From assembly GCA_000004985.1 (NCBI GenBank), contig GG738887.1: 64,000 nucleotides of DNA; one strand, 5' to 3'. The notes under the pieces were generated by a model. The model was not told where the DNA came from and did not search any database. It worked only from the letters and a program-made list of their open reading frames with translations. This DNA is from Naegleria gruberi. Its lineage: Eukaryota. The position numbers and the translations under genes were made by a program. Below are positions 52,910-62,333 of the stretch, piece after piece. Each line of letters starts with the position of its first letter. Within the stretch, counting starts at the first letter, position 1.

Positions 52910-53509
52910 AACTAAATTAATATTCAAATCATCATATAAAACTTTCATCATTCTCCTAGAAGCATTCGAACTATCATTCTTCTCCAATTGACCAAAATTC
53001 ACAGGTAAAAGAGTTCCAATAATCACAACAAATGCCAAAATCATAATTGTAAACATGAATGTTAAAACTACAAGTGTTGTAATTCTCAAACTCTTTAAAC
53101 AACTCCAAACTTGTTCCTTATTTGGACCTTTTCTTTCTCCATTTCCAAACAAATTTTTATCCTTATTCTTCTCCACAATTCGTTGAACTTCTGCTTTTAA
53201 AGGATCGACAAGTACGAGTCCACTATTTACTAAAGAAGATGATGTGGACTGTCTCTTGTCATTTGATGAAATACCCATTGATTGATCGGTAGAGGATTGG
53301 CTTCCTACAGAGCCGATAATAATGGCTTGATTTTCAGAAGGTGATGTTGCCATGGGTGAATTTTTGTATTGTTGATGTGCTGACAGCGAATTTGAACTAT
53401 TGACACTTGACGTCACAGGAAGAACACCTCCTGTTGTTGTAGTTGTTGTGTTGTTGTTATTGTTGTCTGTTGGAAGGATATTGCTGAAGGTATCCATTTC
53501 CTTGCTCAT
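52910..53509 (-). CDS. 5' exon of the receptor gene (N/T-rich cytoplasmic N-terminus, TM1, start of ectodomain)
   Basis: The ATG at 53509 follows A7. TM1 is ITTLVVLTFMFTIMILAFVVIIGTLLPV. A GTAGGT donor and a roughly 97-nt intron with acceptor ttgtag are joined in frame. Confidence 0.5.
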
Positions 53510-53768
53510 TTTTTTGATTGGCAGGTGGCAGGTATTGGATGACTTTAATTTTTTTTGTGATCGAAAGGTTTCTCTTGTGTCAAAGTTTCCGTTATGTTTG
53601 TTGGTAACATGCCATCTGTCAGTTATCGATTTGGACAATCAAAAGTTCATATGACACGAAAACTCATAATAGTTTGAAACTTCTGCCATCCAAGAACCTT
53701 TTCTTCACATTTATCAGAATTCATATCTATTCTATTAGAAACAATCCAAATAATAAACAATTTCTTTA

Positions 53769-54707
53769 TTACATTCCAATAAATAATGCAAAAATAATCA
53801 ATACGAAACTCAACCAAGTACTATACGAAACTTGATAACTTTCACTCGATCTACTGGTACGTGCCACAAAAGCTCCAAAACTTCTTCCATTACCAAAAGT
53901 TCTCACATAACAAGAAGGACAATTTTTCACATTATTTCTCTGCCAAGCACTCAAATCATAGGCATAACCAATAGTTGCATGAATTTTCTTTGAGAGAATC
54001 ATTTCGAATTGTTCATCATATCCTAAAGGAAACTTTTGAGCGAGTGGGAATGATTGGTTAGCTACACCTTCATATAAAGTTCCTGCATAATATCCAATTT
54101 TGTAAAATGGTTGATTGAGTTGTGAAATGGAAGTGGCATTGACATATTTATCCATGTCTAGCTCACCACGAAGGAAACCATCAAAAGTGAAACCATATGG
54201 ACATGAAGCAAATGTAACAAGTTTTGTTCTTTCTTCAGTAATGATAGCATTAGAAACCACAACGTCACATGTTCCACTATTTAAGGCATTTGTCATGGAA
54301 TCGAAAAATCCTTGACTTGTGTTGACAAGTACATATTGAGCTTCCAATGTTGTTTTGTAATTGGTATTCAATTGATCGATAATTCCTTTACCAATCATTC
54401 GATACAAGTCAAAATAAACCTTTTCTAATTCTGTCACATCTTCATAACACATCTTTAATGATTTGACAGATGAAGGAATTGGATTTCTTGTTGGGTAGGC
54501 AGGTAATTGAGGACTACATTGAGGAACTGTGAATGGTAAATTGACAGTCACAAAATCTTGAAAACTTTGTGTGATAACAAGTCTTGCCATGGCAGCATCA
54601 AAAGCTTGATTAAATTCGACACTTGACACTTGACTTTGGGCAGCTGTTGCATAGAAAAACAATAAACAACACAAACAATATGAAACTATAGACGATATCT
54701 TGACCAT
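53769..54707 (-). CDS. Secreted or GPI-anchored periplasmic-binding-protein type 2 (PBPb / SBP_bac_3) domain protein
   Basis: A signal peptide (MVKISSIVSYCLCCLLFFYATAAQS) is followed by FFDSMTNALNSGTCDVVVSNAIITEERTKLVTFASCPYGFTFDGFL. This matches the hinge region of bacterial amino-acid-binding proteins (F.gii.al..g.vDla...itit.eR...idFs.pY). A C-terminal hydrophobic tail follows. Confidence 0.6.
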   Translation of the reverse strand: MVKISSIVSYCLCCLLFFYATAAQSQVSSVEFNQAFDAAMARLVITQSFQDFVTVNLPFTVPQCSPQLPAYPTRNPIPSSVKSLKMCYEDVTELEKVYFDLYRMIGKGIIDQLNTNYKTTLEAQYVLVNTSQGFFDSMTNALNSGTCDVVVSNAIITEERTKLVTFASCPYGFTFDGFLRGELDMDKYVNATSISQLNQPFYKIGYYAGTLYEGVANQSFPLAQKFPLGYDEQFEMILSKKIHATIGYAYDLSAWQRNNVKNCPSCYVRTFGNGRSFGAFVARTSRSSESYQVSYSTWLSFVLIIFALFIGM

Positions 54708-55138
54708 TTTTTTTTGATTCTGTTCATACACTCAACAGCTTCAATCATAATTGTGAAAAACAGTTTCGTAATCATTAAAGATGGAAATGATTGAACATTT
54801 TTGGATAGTGAGTGGGTGAAATTAGCAAATGCAAATGGGGTTTGGGTAACAACTCATAGAGTTATTTCTCCCAAGTTGAACATGTCAAACGCATCTGGGG
54901 CAAGTAGTGGCAGTTTTTAAACAAAACCGAAAACGAATCTTGTAACGGTTGACTGGAAATTTCACATTATCACAATGAAATTCTTTAGAAATCTCTTTTC
55001 ATGGAATCTAAAATCATACTGCCTTTCCATATTTCAGATAAGCGGCAGCAACTTCCTGTTAAAATTATGTGAACTCTAGCAAATTACAATAAACATTAAA
55101 TTATTAAATTATTACAATTTTAATTCATTGAAGAAAAA

Positions 55139-55436
55139 ATGTTCAAACGAGGCCTGCACTCACTCTCACAAAACAAAATTTCAAAAACCAATTCTCTACT
55201 CACTCCTCTTGTGAATTCTTTTGGGAAATCATTGAATTGGAAATCATCCTCTTGTGAAACATGTTCCGATTTGGAAAAATTCTTTTTTTGCAATAATTTA
55301 ATTTTTCATCGTGATCGGAATTTTCATTTCAATTCAAAGAAAATGATGCAATCATCATCATCATCACAACATAAATATACAAATAGACTTGCCAAAGAGG
55401 CATCTCCCTACTTGTTACAACATGCTCACAATCCAG
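55139..55436 (+). CDS. SPATA20/YyaL-like thioredoxin-domain (DUF255) protein, exon 1
   Basis: The exon ends ..CAC AAT CCA G then a GT donor, followed by a 43-nt intron. Confidence 0.6.
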
Positions 55437-55479
55437 GTATTTAAATAATATTAAATAATATTGTGTTAATATTGTAAAG

Positions 55480-55697
55480 TGGATTGGTATCCTTGGGGAG
55501 AGGAAGCTTTTGAAAAAGCAAGAAATGAGAATAAGCCAATATTCCTTTCAATTGGATATTCAACTTGTCATTGGTGTCATGTGATGGAAAAGGAATCATT
55601 TGAGAATGAAGAAATTGCAGCAATTATGAATCAAAACTTTGTAAATATTAAGGTAGATAGAGAAGAGAGACCAGATATAGATAGAGTATACATGACA
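55480..55697 (+). CDS. SPATA20-like, exon 2 (thioredoxin-fold CxxC)
   Basis: The motifs [48 protein letters not shown] are present. The exon ends ACA then a GTATGT donor. Confidence 0.75.
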
Positions 55698-55752
55698 GTA
55701 TGTTTTAGACAATTCAATTTATTCGAATATTTATTGATTGATTGAATATTAG

Positions 55753-56325
55753 TTTGTTCAATTGACTACTGGAAGTGGTGGATGGCCATTGAGCTGTTTC
55801 TTAACACCACAGTTGAAACCAATATTTGGAGGAACTTATTTTCCACCGAAGGAATCAATTTATAGAGGTAATATTTCATTTCCATCCTTGCTAAACAAGA
55901 TTCACAACATGTGGACCAATAAGAGAGAAGCTCTGGTTTCACAAGGTGATAAGATTGTCTCAGTTCTAAAGAAGGCATTCACAGAGAAGGAGAATGAAGA
56001 AGAGCCAGCAAAGAGTGCAGATCATATTCTGAAATTCGCTCACGAATATGTAGCATCTACTGTTGAGGATTTTCTCTCATCATTTGATACAGTTTATGGA
56101 GGATTTTCACAAGCTCCCAAATTTCCTCGTCCTGTTGTAATTGATTTCCTATTGAGATCTTACTATGAAGAGAAGGATGATAGGAGAAAGTTGGATATTA
56201 TCAATTCAGTCACTTTTACTTTGGATAAGATGGCTAGGGGAGGATTGTACGACCATTTGGGAGGTGGTTTTCATAGATATTCTGTGGATACCTATTGGCA
56301 TGTTCCACACTTTGAGAAAATGATG
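55753..56325 (+). CDS. SPATA20-like, exon 3
   Basis: A 55-nt intron precedes this exon. The spliced junction RVYMT|FVQLTTGSGGWPLSCFLTP matches the DUF255 consensus. The exon ends HFEKMM then a GTAAGT donor. Confidence 0.75.
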
Positions 56326-56366
56326 GTAAGTGATATGGAGAATCAAATTTACTCAATTTAAAAAAG

Positions 56367-57276
56367 TATGATCAAGGTCAATTAGCAATTGTGTTTGCAG
56401 AAGCATACAAGGCCACTAGAAATGAATACTACAAACAAATATTGGAAGAAATTCTTCTCTACATTGAAAGAGATATGTCACTTGGTGAATCATCTGATAT
56501 GATTGGATTCTTTTCAGCTGAAGATGCAGACAGTTTACCAACTTTTGATTCTAAAGAAAAGAGAGAAGGTGCTTTCTATGCTTGGGATTACCAACAAGTT
56601 GTTGATATTATTGATAATATGGTTCCTCATATTGGAAGTGTGAAACCTTCTGACATATTTTCATTCATGTTTGATTTAAAACAAGATGGAAATGTGAGAC
56701 AATCAAGTGATCCACATGGTGAGTTGACTGGATTAAACGTACTGTATATGGATAAGTCGTTGAAGGAGACCCAGGATAGATTCAGTACTATTCCACCTGA
56801 ATCAGTGGCTAATGTAATTATGGATTGCAAAGATATTCTATTCAAGGAAAGAAACAAGATGAAACCAAGACCACATTTGGACGACAAGATTATCACTGCT
56901 TGGAATGCTTATGTAATTAGTGCATTCTCGAGATCAGCCCTCCTTCTCTCAGAGCCAGGTTATTTGAAAATTGCCGAAAGAGCTGCCAATTTCATTTATG
57001 AAAAACTCTATGATCGAGAAACTAAGGTATTACACAGAATTTTCAAGAAAAACTCTGAAAAGGAAAGAAATATTGCTGGATTCCTTTCTGATTATGCAAA
57101 TATGATTTCAGCTTTGATTGATCTCTATGAAGCATCTGGTTCAATTAAGTGGCTTAATTGGGCATTTGAATTGCAAGATATTCAAGATTCATACTTTTAC
57201 GATCAGACAAATGGTGGATACTTTGAAGAAAGAGGTAATGATCCAACCATTATCTATAGATTGAAAGAGACAAGTG
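56367..57276 (+). CDS. SPATA20-like, exon 4 (six-hairpin glycosidase-like region)
   Basis: A 41-nt intron precedes this exon. It begins YDQGQLAIVFAEAYKAT. The exon ends ..AGT G then a GTAAGT donor. Confidence 0.7.
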
Positions 57277-57322
57277 GTAAGTAATTGACCAGTTAATCAT
57301 TATTCAAATTACAATGAAAAAG

Positions 57323-57783
57323 ATTCTGCTGAGCCAAGTGGAAATAGCGTCAGTTGTATGAATTTGGTTCGATTGAGAAACTATGATGTAAATAAGAAGG
57401 CAGAATATGAAGAAAAACTATCCAAAATATTTGAATTGAATGCCAGTCTCATTTTGGAACATCCAAGTGCATTGCCAGGTGTAATGTCAGCTTTGGCACG
57501 ATTGACTTCAGGGAGAGAAACTCATATTGCTCTAGTATTTGACAAGACAGTAACCAACTTGAAACCAATAATGGAAGAAATAGTCAAAGATACTGTAGAA
57601 TCTCACAGATCTCTAGTTTTCGTCAATAAGGATGACGAAGAAAGTCTCAAATTTATGAATGAAAGATTACCATACCTTAAGGATGCCAAGGTATTGAACA
57701 ACAAGACAACCATAATTCTCTGTAGAAATAATACATGTAATCTCCCAACCAATGACATTAGTGTCATTCAAGAACTCAAATAA
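57323..57783 (+). CDS. SPATA20-like, exon 5
   Basis: A 46-nt intron precedes this exon. It begins DSAEPSGNSVSCMNLVRL, a conserved DSAxPSGNS motif. Confidence 0.7.
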
Positions 57784-57789
57784 ATCTAA

Positions 57790-58640
57790 TACTAATTAAA
57801 AACTCATGTTATGATAATTTATTGAGACAAACAAGTATTAATTGATGGACAAGAAGATGGAACAGTGAAAACATTTGAATCAACCTTTTCAACCATATCA
57901 TAATAAGTTTGATCTTGAGAAGCAGTAGGAACAACAACAAAGGTATTCAAAATCCAACACTTATCATTGGCCATTTGTGGCTCTCTGAATGTCCAGATAG
58001 TACCAGTTGCTCCATATTGAGTATTTACAATCTTCAATGCATCATAGGAACCAATCTTTGCTTTGGTAACAGTTCCAGAATTTGGAAGACAGAGTGCATC
58101 CCATTGATTGAAATCTTGAACCTTACGACAAGTACATTTTCCACTTTGTAAATCATAGGAAACAGTAATAGAAGAACTAATCTTAAAGTCCCAATTAGTA
58201 TAGGTATTGACAGCTCCATCAACTGTGTAAGTGATATCTTGTCTAATTTTACCAGCATTGTAATCACCAGCAAATGTGAAACCACCTTCGACTGGTTGTA
58301 AGGTACTGTTATTGGCAACGATGGAAACTTGATTGAAAACACCCTTCATGGAGAAGACATTTGGCAAACAACAGATGTTTGAAGAGGTTGGAGATCTCTT
58401 GTTGACACTTTCGAATTGTTTAACGAAAGAAAAAATAGGAGAAGCATAGGCAGAGGAAGCAATGATTGCAACGATCAAGACTGAAAGAATTGCTTGTTTA
58501 AACATTTTTTTTTTGAATGAGAAATTAGGCAAATACAGACATCTGAAATATTTAAACGAAGACAAATGGAAACATCCTCGAACCTTTTACAATAAACCAA
58601 CTCCACATTGGAAATATCTTGGATTTGAGGAAGAGGACAG
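57790..58640. repeat. Segmental duplication copy B (inverted relative to copy A)
   Basis: See copy A. The 5' 100 nt of the CDS show 1 mismatch between copies, while the central CDS is more diverged. Confidence 0.7.
57819..58504 (-). CDS. Secreted ependymin-related (EPDR) family protein, paralog B
   Basis: It has the same motifs as paralog A. The first roughly 100 nt of the CDS are nearly identical to paralog A at nucleotide level. The ATG follows A12. Confidence 0.6.
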
Positions 58641-58756
58641 TGCAGATAAGATGTCCTTTTATATATTACACTTTTATCCTACAACCTTCAATCCCGTAGC
58701 CAAAAAGCATAGAGAAATAGTTTTGGCTGTAGTCAATAGTACTTACTTTTCATTCT

Positions 58757-59866
58757 TCATAGATACTCTTCTCCAAATAAATCGAATGCATAGTGTTCGT
58801 TATCGTCTTCATCATCATCACCCACAACTGTGAAAATGAATGTTTCAAATTGTGACCCTATCTTATCAATATCTGTTGAAGAATGTTCACGAATGACACC
58901 AACGTCAAGATATTTCAATGATTGAGTAATGCTCTTGTTAGCAATTAGGGATTTACAAGCATCAAAATCAGAGACTAGGATTGCCAATTTTTCAAGTTTG
59001 AGAGTACACGCCAAACTACTGATATTCTTTTTTACAGAGGTGGCCAAATACAATTCTTTCAGATTTGACCATACTGGATTGGCCATAATACTAAACAAGT
59101 CTTCCTCTGGTAAGGAAAACTCAACAGTGAGTTTTTTCAAATTGGAAAAGAGTTGATTCTTGCACACAAGTTGAATATCGTAGGAATAGTCATTCCAACC
59201 ACAAGTTAATTCTTCCAACTGTTTTAATGTGTCAGTTCCCATGCTAGATGTTCCAAAATTGCTAAAACAATTTCTATCCAAATGAAGTGCTTTGAGTTTC
59301 TTTAAAACTGGGCTGTTGAATATATCTGAAAGTCCAGTATTTCCTAAATTATGATTGATGATTGTCAACTTTTCCAAATTGGAGAAATTTTCACAATTAG
59401 CAAAAAGTGCAACATTATCCCCAAGCTTGAATTCCTGATCTTCGTATGAATCATCATCATCAAACAAACTACCCATCGACTCCTCACATTCCAAATATAA
59501 TACTTGCAGATGTTTCAAACGAGGATTTTTAACAAATCTTTTAAACCTGTCCACAGTAAATTTGTTATCCAGCATAACCAACTCGGAAACATGCTCCATC
59601 AAGACATGTTCAGTAATTTTAAAGAAATTGGAAATATCATATGTAAATTCCAATTTGATCGCATGAAAGTGTTCACTTGCTTCGAGCCAGGCTTTAGAAA
59701 TTTGTCTCATCTTGAGTGCTTCTTTGCCTCCGATCATTTCCATCACAAGTAGACAAATTTCTGGAATGAAAACCTCACCAAGTAGTTCTTGATCTTTCTC
59801 ATCCGAATGATCATCATGATCATCACAATTATTATCTTGCTGATGTAGTGTTTGATCTTTGTACAT
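58757..59866 (-). CDS. F-box-like/LRR (RNI-like) protein
   Basis: An N-terminal F-box-like segment (IPEICLLVMEMIGGKEALKMRQISKAWLEASEHF) is followed by irregular LRRs (LKHLQVLYLECEE, LEKLTIINHNLGNTGL, LKALHLDRNCFSNFG). Confidence 0.55.
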   Translation of the reverse strand: MYKDQTLHQQDNNCDDHDDHSDEKDQELLGEVFIPEICLLVMEMIGGKEALKMRQISKAWLEASEHFHAIKLEFTYDISNFFKITEHVLMEHVSELVMLDNKFTVDRFKRFVKNPRLKHLQVLYLECEESMGSLFDDDDSYEDQEFKLGDNVALFANCENFSNLEKLTIINHNLGNTGLSDIFNSPVLKKLKALHLDRNCFSNFGTSSMGTDTLKQLEELTCGWNDYSYDIQLVCKNQLFSNLKKLTVEFSLPEEDLFSIMANPVWSNLKELYLATSVKKNISSLACTLKLEKLAILVSDFDACKSLIANKSITQSLKYLDVGVIREHSSTDIDKIGSQFETFIFTVVGDDDEDDNEHYAFDLFGEEYL

Positions 59867-60220
59867 TTTGTTATTTTTGAATTTGCACTTGAAATTATGA
59901 TGAACCTGGTGAGTTAAGGAATTTGTTGGAGGTCATCTAGATCATGGTCTAGTAAGATAAAGATATAAAACTTCCACTATTATTAATACTACTGTGTACC
60001 TGATTTCTTATTGTTTGTTAAAAAATTTCTTCACCATTAAACTTTTGTGTACGGTAAAATTTGAGCGGCAAAATTTCTTTAACAAAAAACAATACAGCAC
60101 AATATTGCTTATCTTCTCTCAACATGATGAAGTACATGGCACAAACAAGAAGAACATAATGGAGTATTATTATGAACTTTAAAACAAGTGCAAATTCAAA
60201 AAAAACAAATTAACACTTAG

Positions 60221-60781
60221 ATGATCACTGCTTCTTCATCTTCGGGTGAAAGGAATGAAAAACTTTCATCCATCGCTTTGGATATTAATAATGATAGGAA
60301 TAACAACAAACCTCTCTTATCCTTTACCATCTACAATAATTGTTCATCGTCTTCATTAGAAGCTTCCTTGCCAAATACTGCAAGTTTATTAAATTGTGAA
60401 TTTAGTATTTCACCAATCAATGCTACTGATGAGAACAATCAAGTTACAATGATTGGAGTGGAAATTACACAAGCCAAGTTTGTAAATGTTAGGAGAACTG
60501 TATTTGATGCAATTTTAAGTGATTTTCCTTCGGGTTGGATTGAACCAAAGGATGTGGATCATGTTTTCTTTACTGAACATGAGTCAGTTATCAAATTGAT
60601 GGAAGGAGCTCTTTGCTATGATGATGATGGGTTCAAGTTCTTTTCTACATTGCAATCAGCACCTGTTGATGTAGATTTAAAAGATTTGAATAGTTTTTGT
60701 GATGATCTTTTTGGGTTGAATGGAACATTTGTTCTGTATGATGAATCAGCTCCATTATGTATTAGTTGTAAAGAACTGTAA
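60221..60781 (+). CDS. Hypothetical protein; first of three overlapping same-strand ORFs, probably the 5' part of one large gene
   Basis: The ORF is 186 codons and the ATG follows A-rich sequence. It overlaps the next ORF by 62 nt in another frame. Candidate introns include GTAGAT at 60671 to ag at 60773, and GTGATG at 60699 to ag at 60765. Confidence 0.4.
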   Translation: MITASSSSGERNEKLSSIALDINNDRNNNKPLLSFTIYNNCSSSSLEASLPNTASLLNCEFSISPINATDENNQVTMIGVEITQAKFVNVRRTVFDAILSDFPSGWIEPKDVDHVFFTEHESVIKLMEGALCYDDDGFKFFSTLQSAPVDVDLKDLNSFCDDLFGLNGTFVLYDESAPLCISCKEL

Positions 60782-62333
60782 CAAGTGGAATAGTTATGCA
60801 AGATTGGGAAGTGGAGATATTCCAGAGGCATTCCACAAGTTTAGGATTTATCATTCGAAAATTACTGTCTTGCAAGAGTCTCAGGCCTATGAGCTGATTG
60901 ATCAAAGTGACGAAATCAAATATTATTTAAGTTGTGTTCAAGAGAATTTACCACTCGTCAGGGTTACGCCAAGAATTCTATCCATGTTTACAGAAGGATT
61001 GGAAAAGCTTACAATTTCCAATAGTTTCTCAGAGAATTCTTTGGCAATGTCAGTATATACAGCTTCCTTCTCCAACATTTTGCAATCTCATCCTTTTTCA
61101 AATGAGGATCAAATCATTTCACTTATGAATTCATCTTTAACATGCTACGAATTTCCCAGAGTAGATCACAGATTTATTAGGTCAATTACTTCAAAATGTA
61201 GAAATGGAGTTTTTGAATGTCAAGTACATTTACCTGAGATATCCGAGACTAACAGGTTATTTAACAAGTTAGGAACTGATGGATTTCTTAAAGTGAAAAT
61301 CATTGGACAAGTTCCCTCTGGAATATATTTACAGGGAAAGACCTATTTACCGCTTGGAGGTTCATCCAACATGATGAGGGAGAGAAATATGTATTTTTAT
61401 GACTCATCCTTGTATGAATCTGTGGAGACTATCATTTCACAAATGGGAGAAATATCTATTGATAATTTGCATCAATTATGTGAAACTGAATGTAATGAAC
61501 CGGAGCAAATCAATAATGGAGAACCTGGATATCTCACTCCCTCTATGACTCATTCATTAATTGCTTTGGGCGTTCAACCACTAGTTCTTCAAACTATTTT
61601 TGAAGAATGGTTCAATTCTACCGTCAGTAATTTGACCAATCCAAACTTTTTGCTTGATTTACTAAAGGGAAGGTGTAGGGAAACTCTTCCTGCTGTCCAA
61701 AATCTCTCCGAGATACCAGACAACCCATTTATTGAAGACTTATTGCGACATTTAGTATCTTCCCATTTGCAGAAAGTTCAAAATAACCTCATTATTCCAA
61801 TTGACAAGTCAATTACAACTACAAGTTTAATTGATGAGAATAAGTGTTTAAAAGAAAATGAAATGATGGTTATACTTGGAAATGAATATTTAGAGGATGG
61901 TACGATTGTTCTAGTGTGTAATGAGCCATGTCTTTCCCAATCAAATGTTAAACTTTTCACAGTTAGAAATGACGAAACTTTGAAAGTCAAGTACGAAACA
62001 AACCATTCATTAGTTATTCTCCCAAGTATCCTGAAGAGTGATAGTGTCTTTGCATGTTGGGACTCAAGAATGATTCCAACTCTTGTTTCCAGTCAAATTA
62101 CCAATTCATACCAAAAATTGAAAACAGTACAATCTGAGGATTTACAGAGTCAAATTCTTGACGGATGGATTGCTGTTTCTGACAAGGAAGGCGCAACATC
62201 CACAAAGGCAATTGAGCTTTCTAATTTATTTAATGAAATTAGGAATAGCAACAAGATTGAGCTTCCTAATTGGTTTAACAGCTGTCTAATTCCATCTCTA
62301 GATATTTGGCAAAATTCAGATTGGACCAACTAG
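60720..62333 (+). CDS. Hypothetical protein, middle ORF of the run (537 codons)
   Basis: The long open frame has typical codon usage and no recognisable domain. Confidence 0.45.
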   Translation: MEHLFCMMNQLHYVLVVKNCNKWNSYARLGSGDIPEAFHKFRIYHSKITVLQESQAYELIDQSDEIKYYLSCVQENLPLVRVTPRILSMFTEGLEKLTISNSFSENSLAMSVYTASFSNILQSHPFSNEDQIISLMNSSLTCYEFPRVDHRFIRSITSKCRNGVFECQVHLPEISETNRLFNKLGTDGFLKVKIIGQVPSGIYLQGKTYLPLGGSSNMMRERNMYFYDSSLYESVETIISQMGEISIDNLHQLCETECNEPEQINNGEPGYLTPSMTHSLIALGVQPLVLQTIFEEWFNSTVSNLTNPNFLLDLLKGRCRETLPAVQNLSEIPDNPFIEDLLRHLVSSHLQKVQNNLIIPIDKSITTTSLIDENKCLKENEMMVILGNEYLEDGTIVLVCNEPCLSQSNVKLFTVRNDETLKVKYETNHSLVILPSILKSDSVFACWDSRMIPTLVSSQITNSYQKLKTVQSEDLQSQILDGWIAVSDKEGATSTKAIELSNLFNEIRNSNKIELPNWFNSCLIPSLDIWQNSDWTN

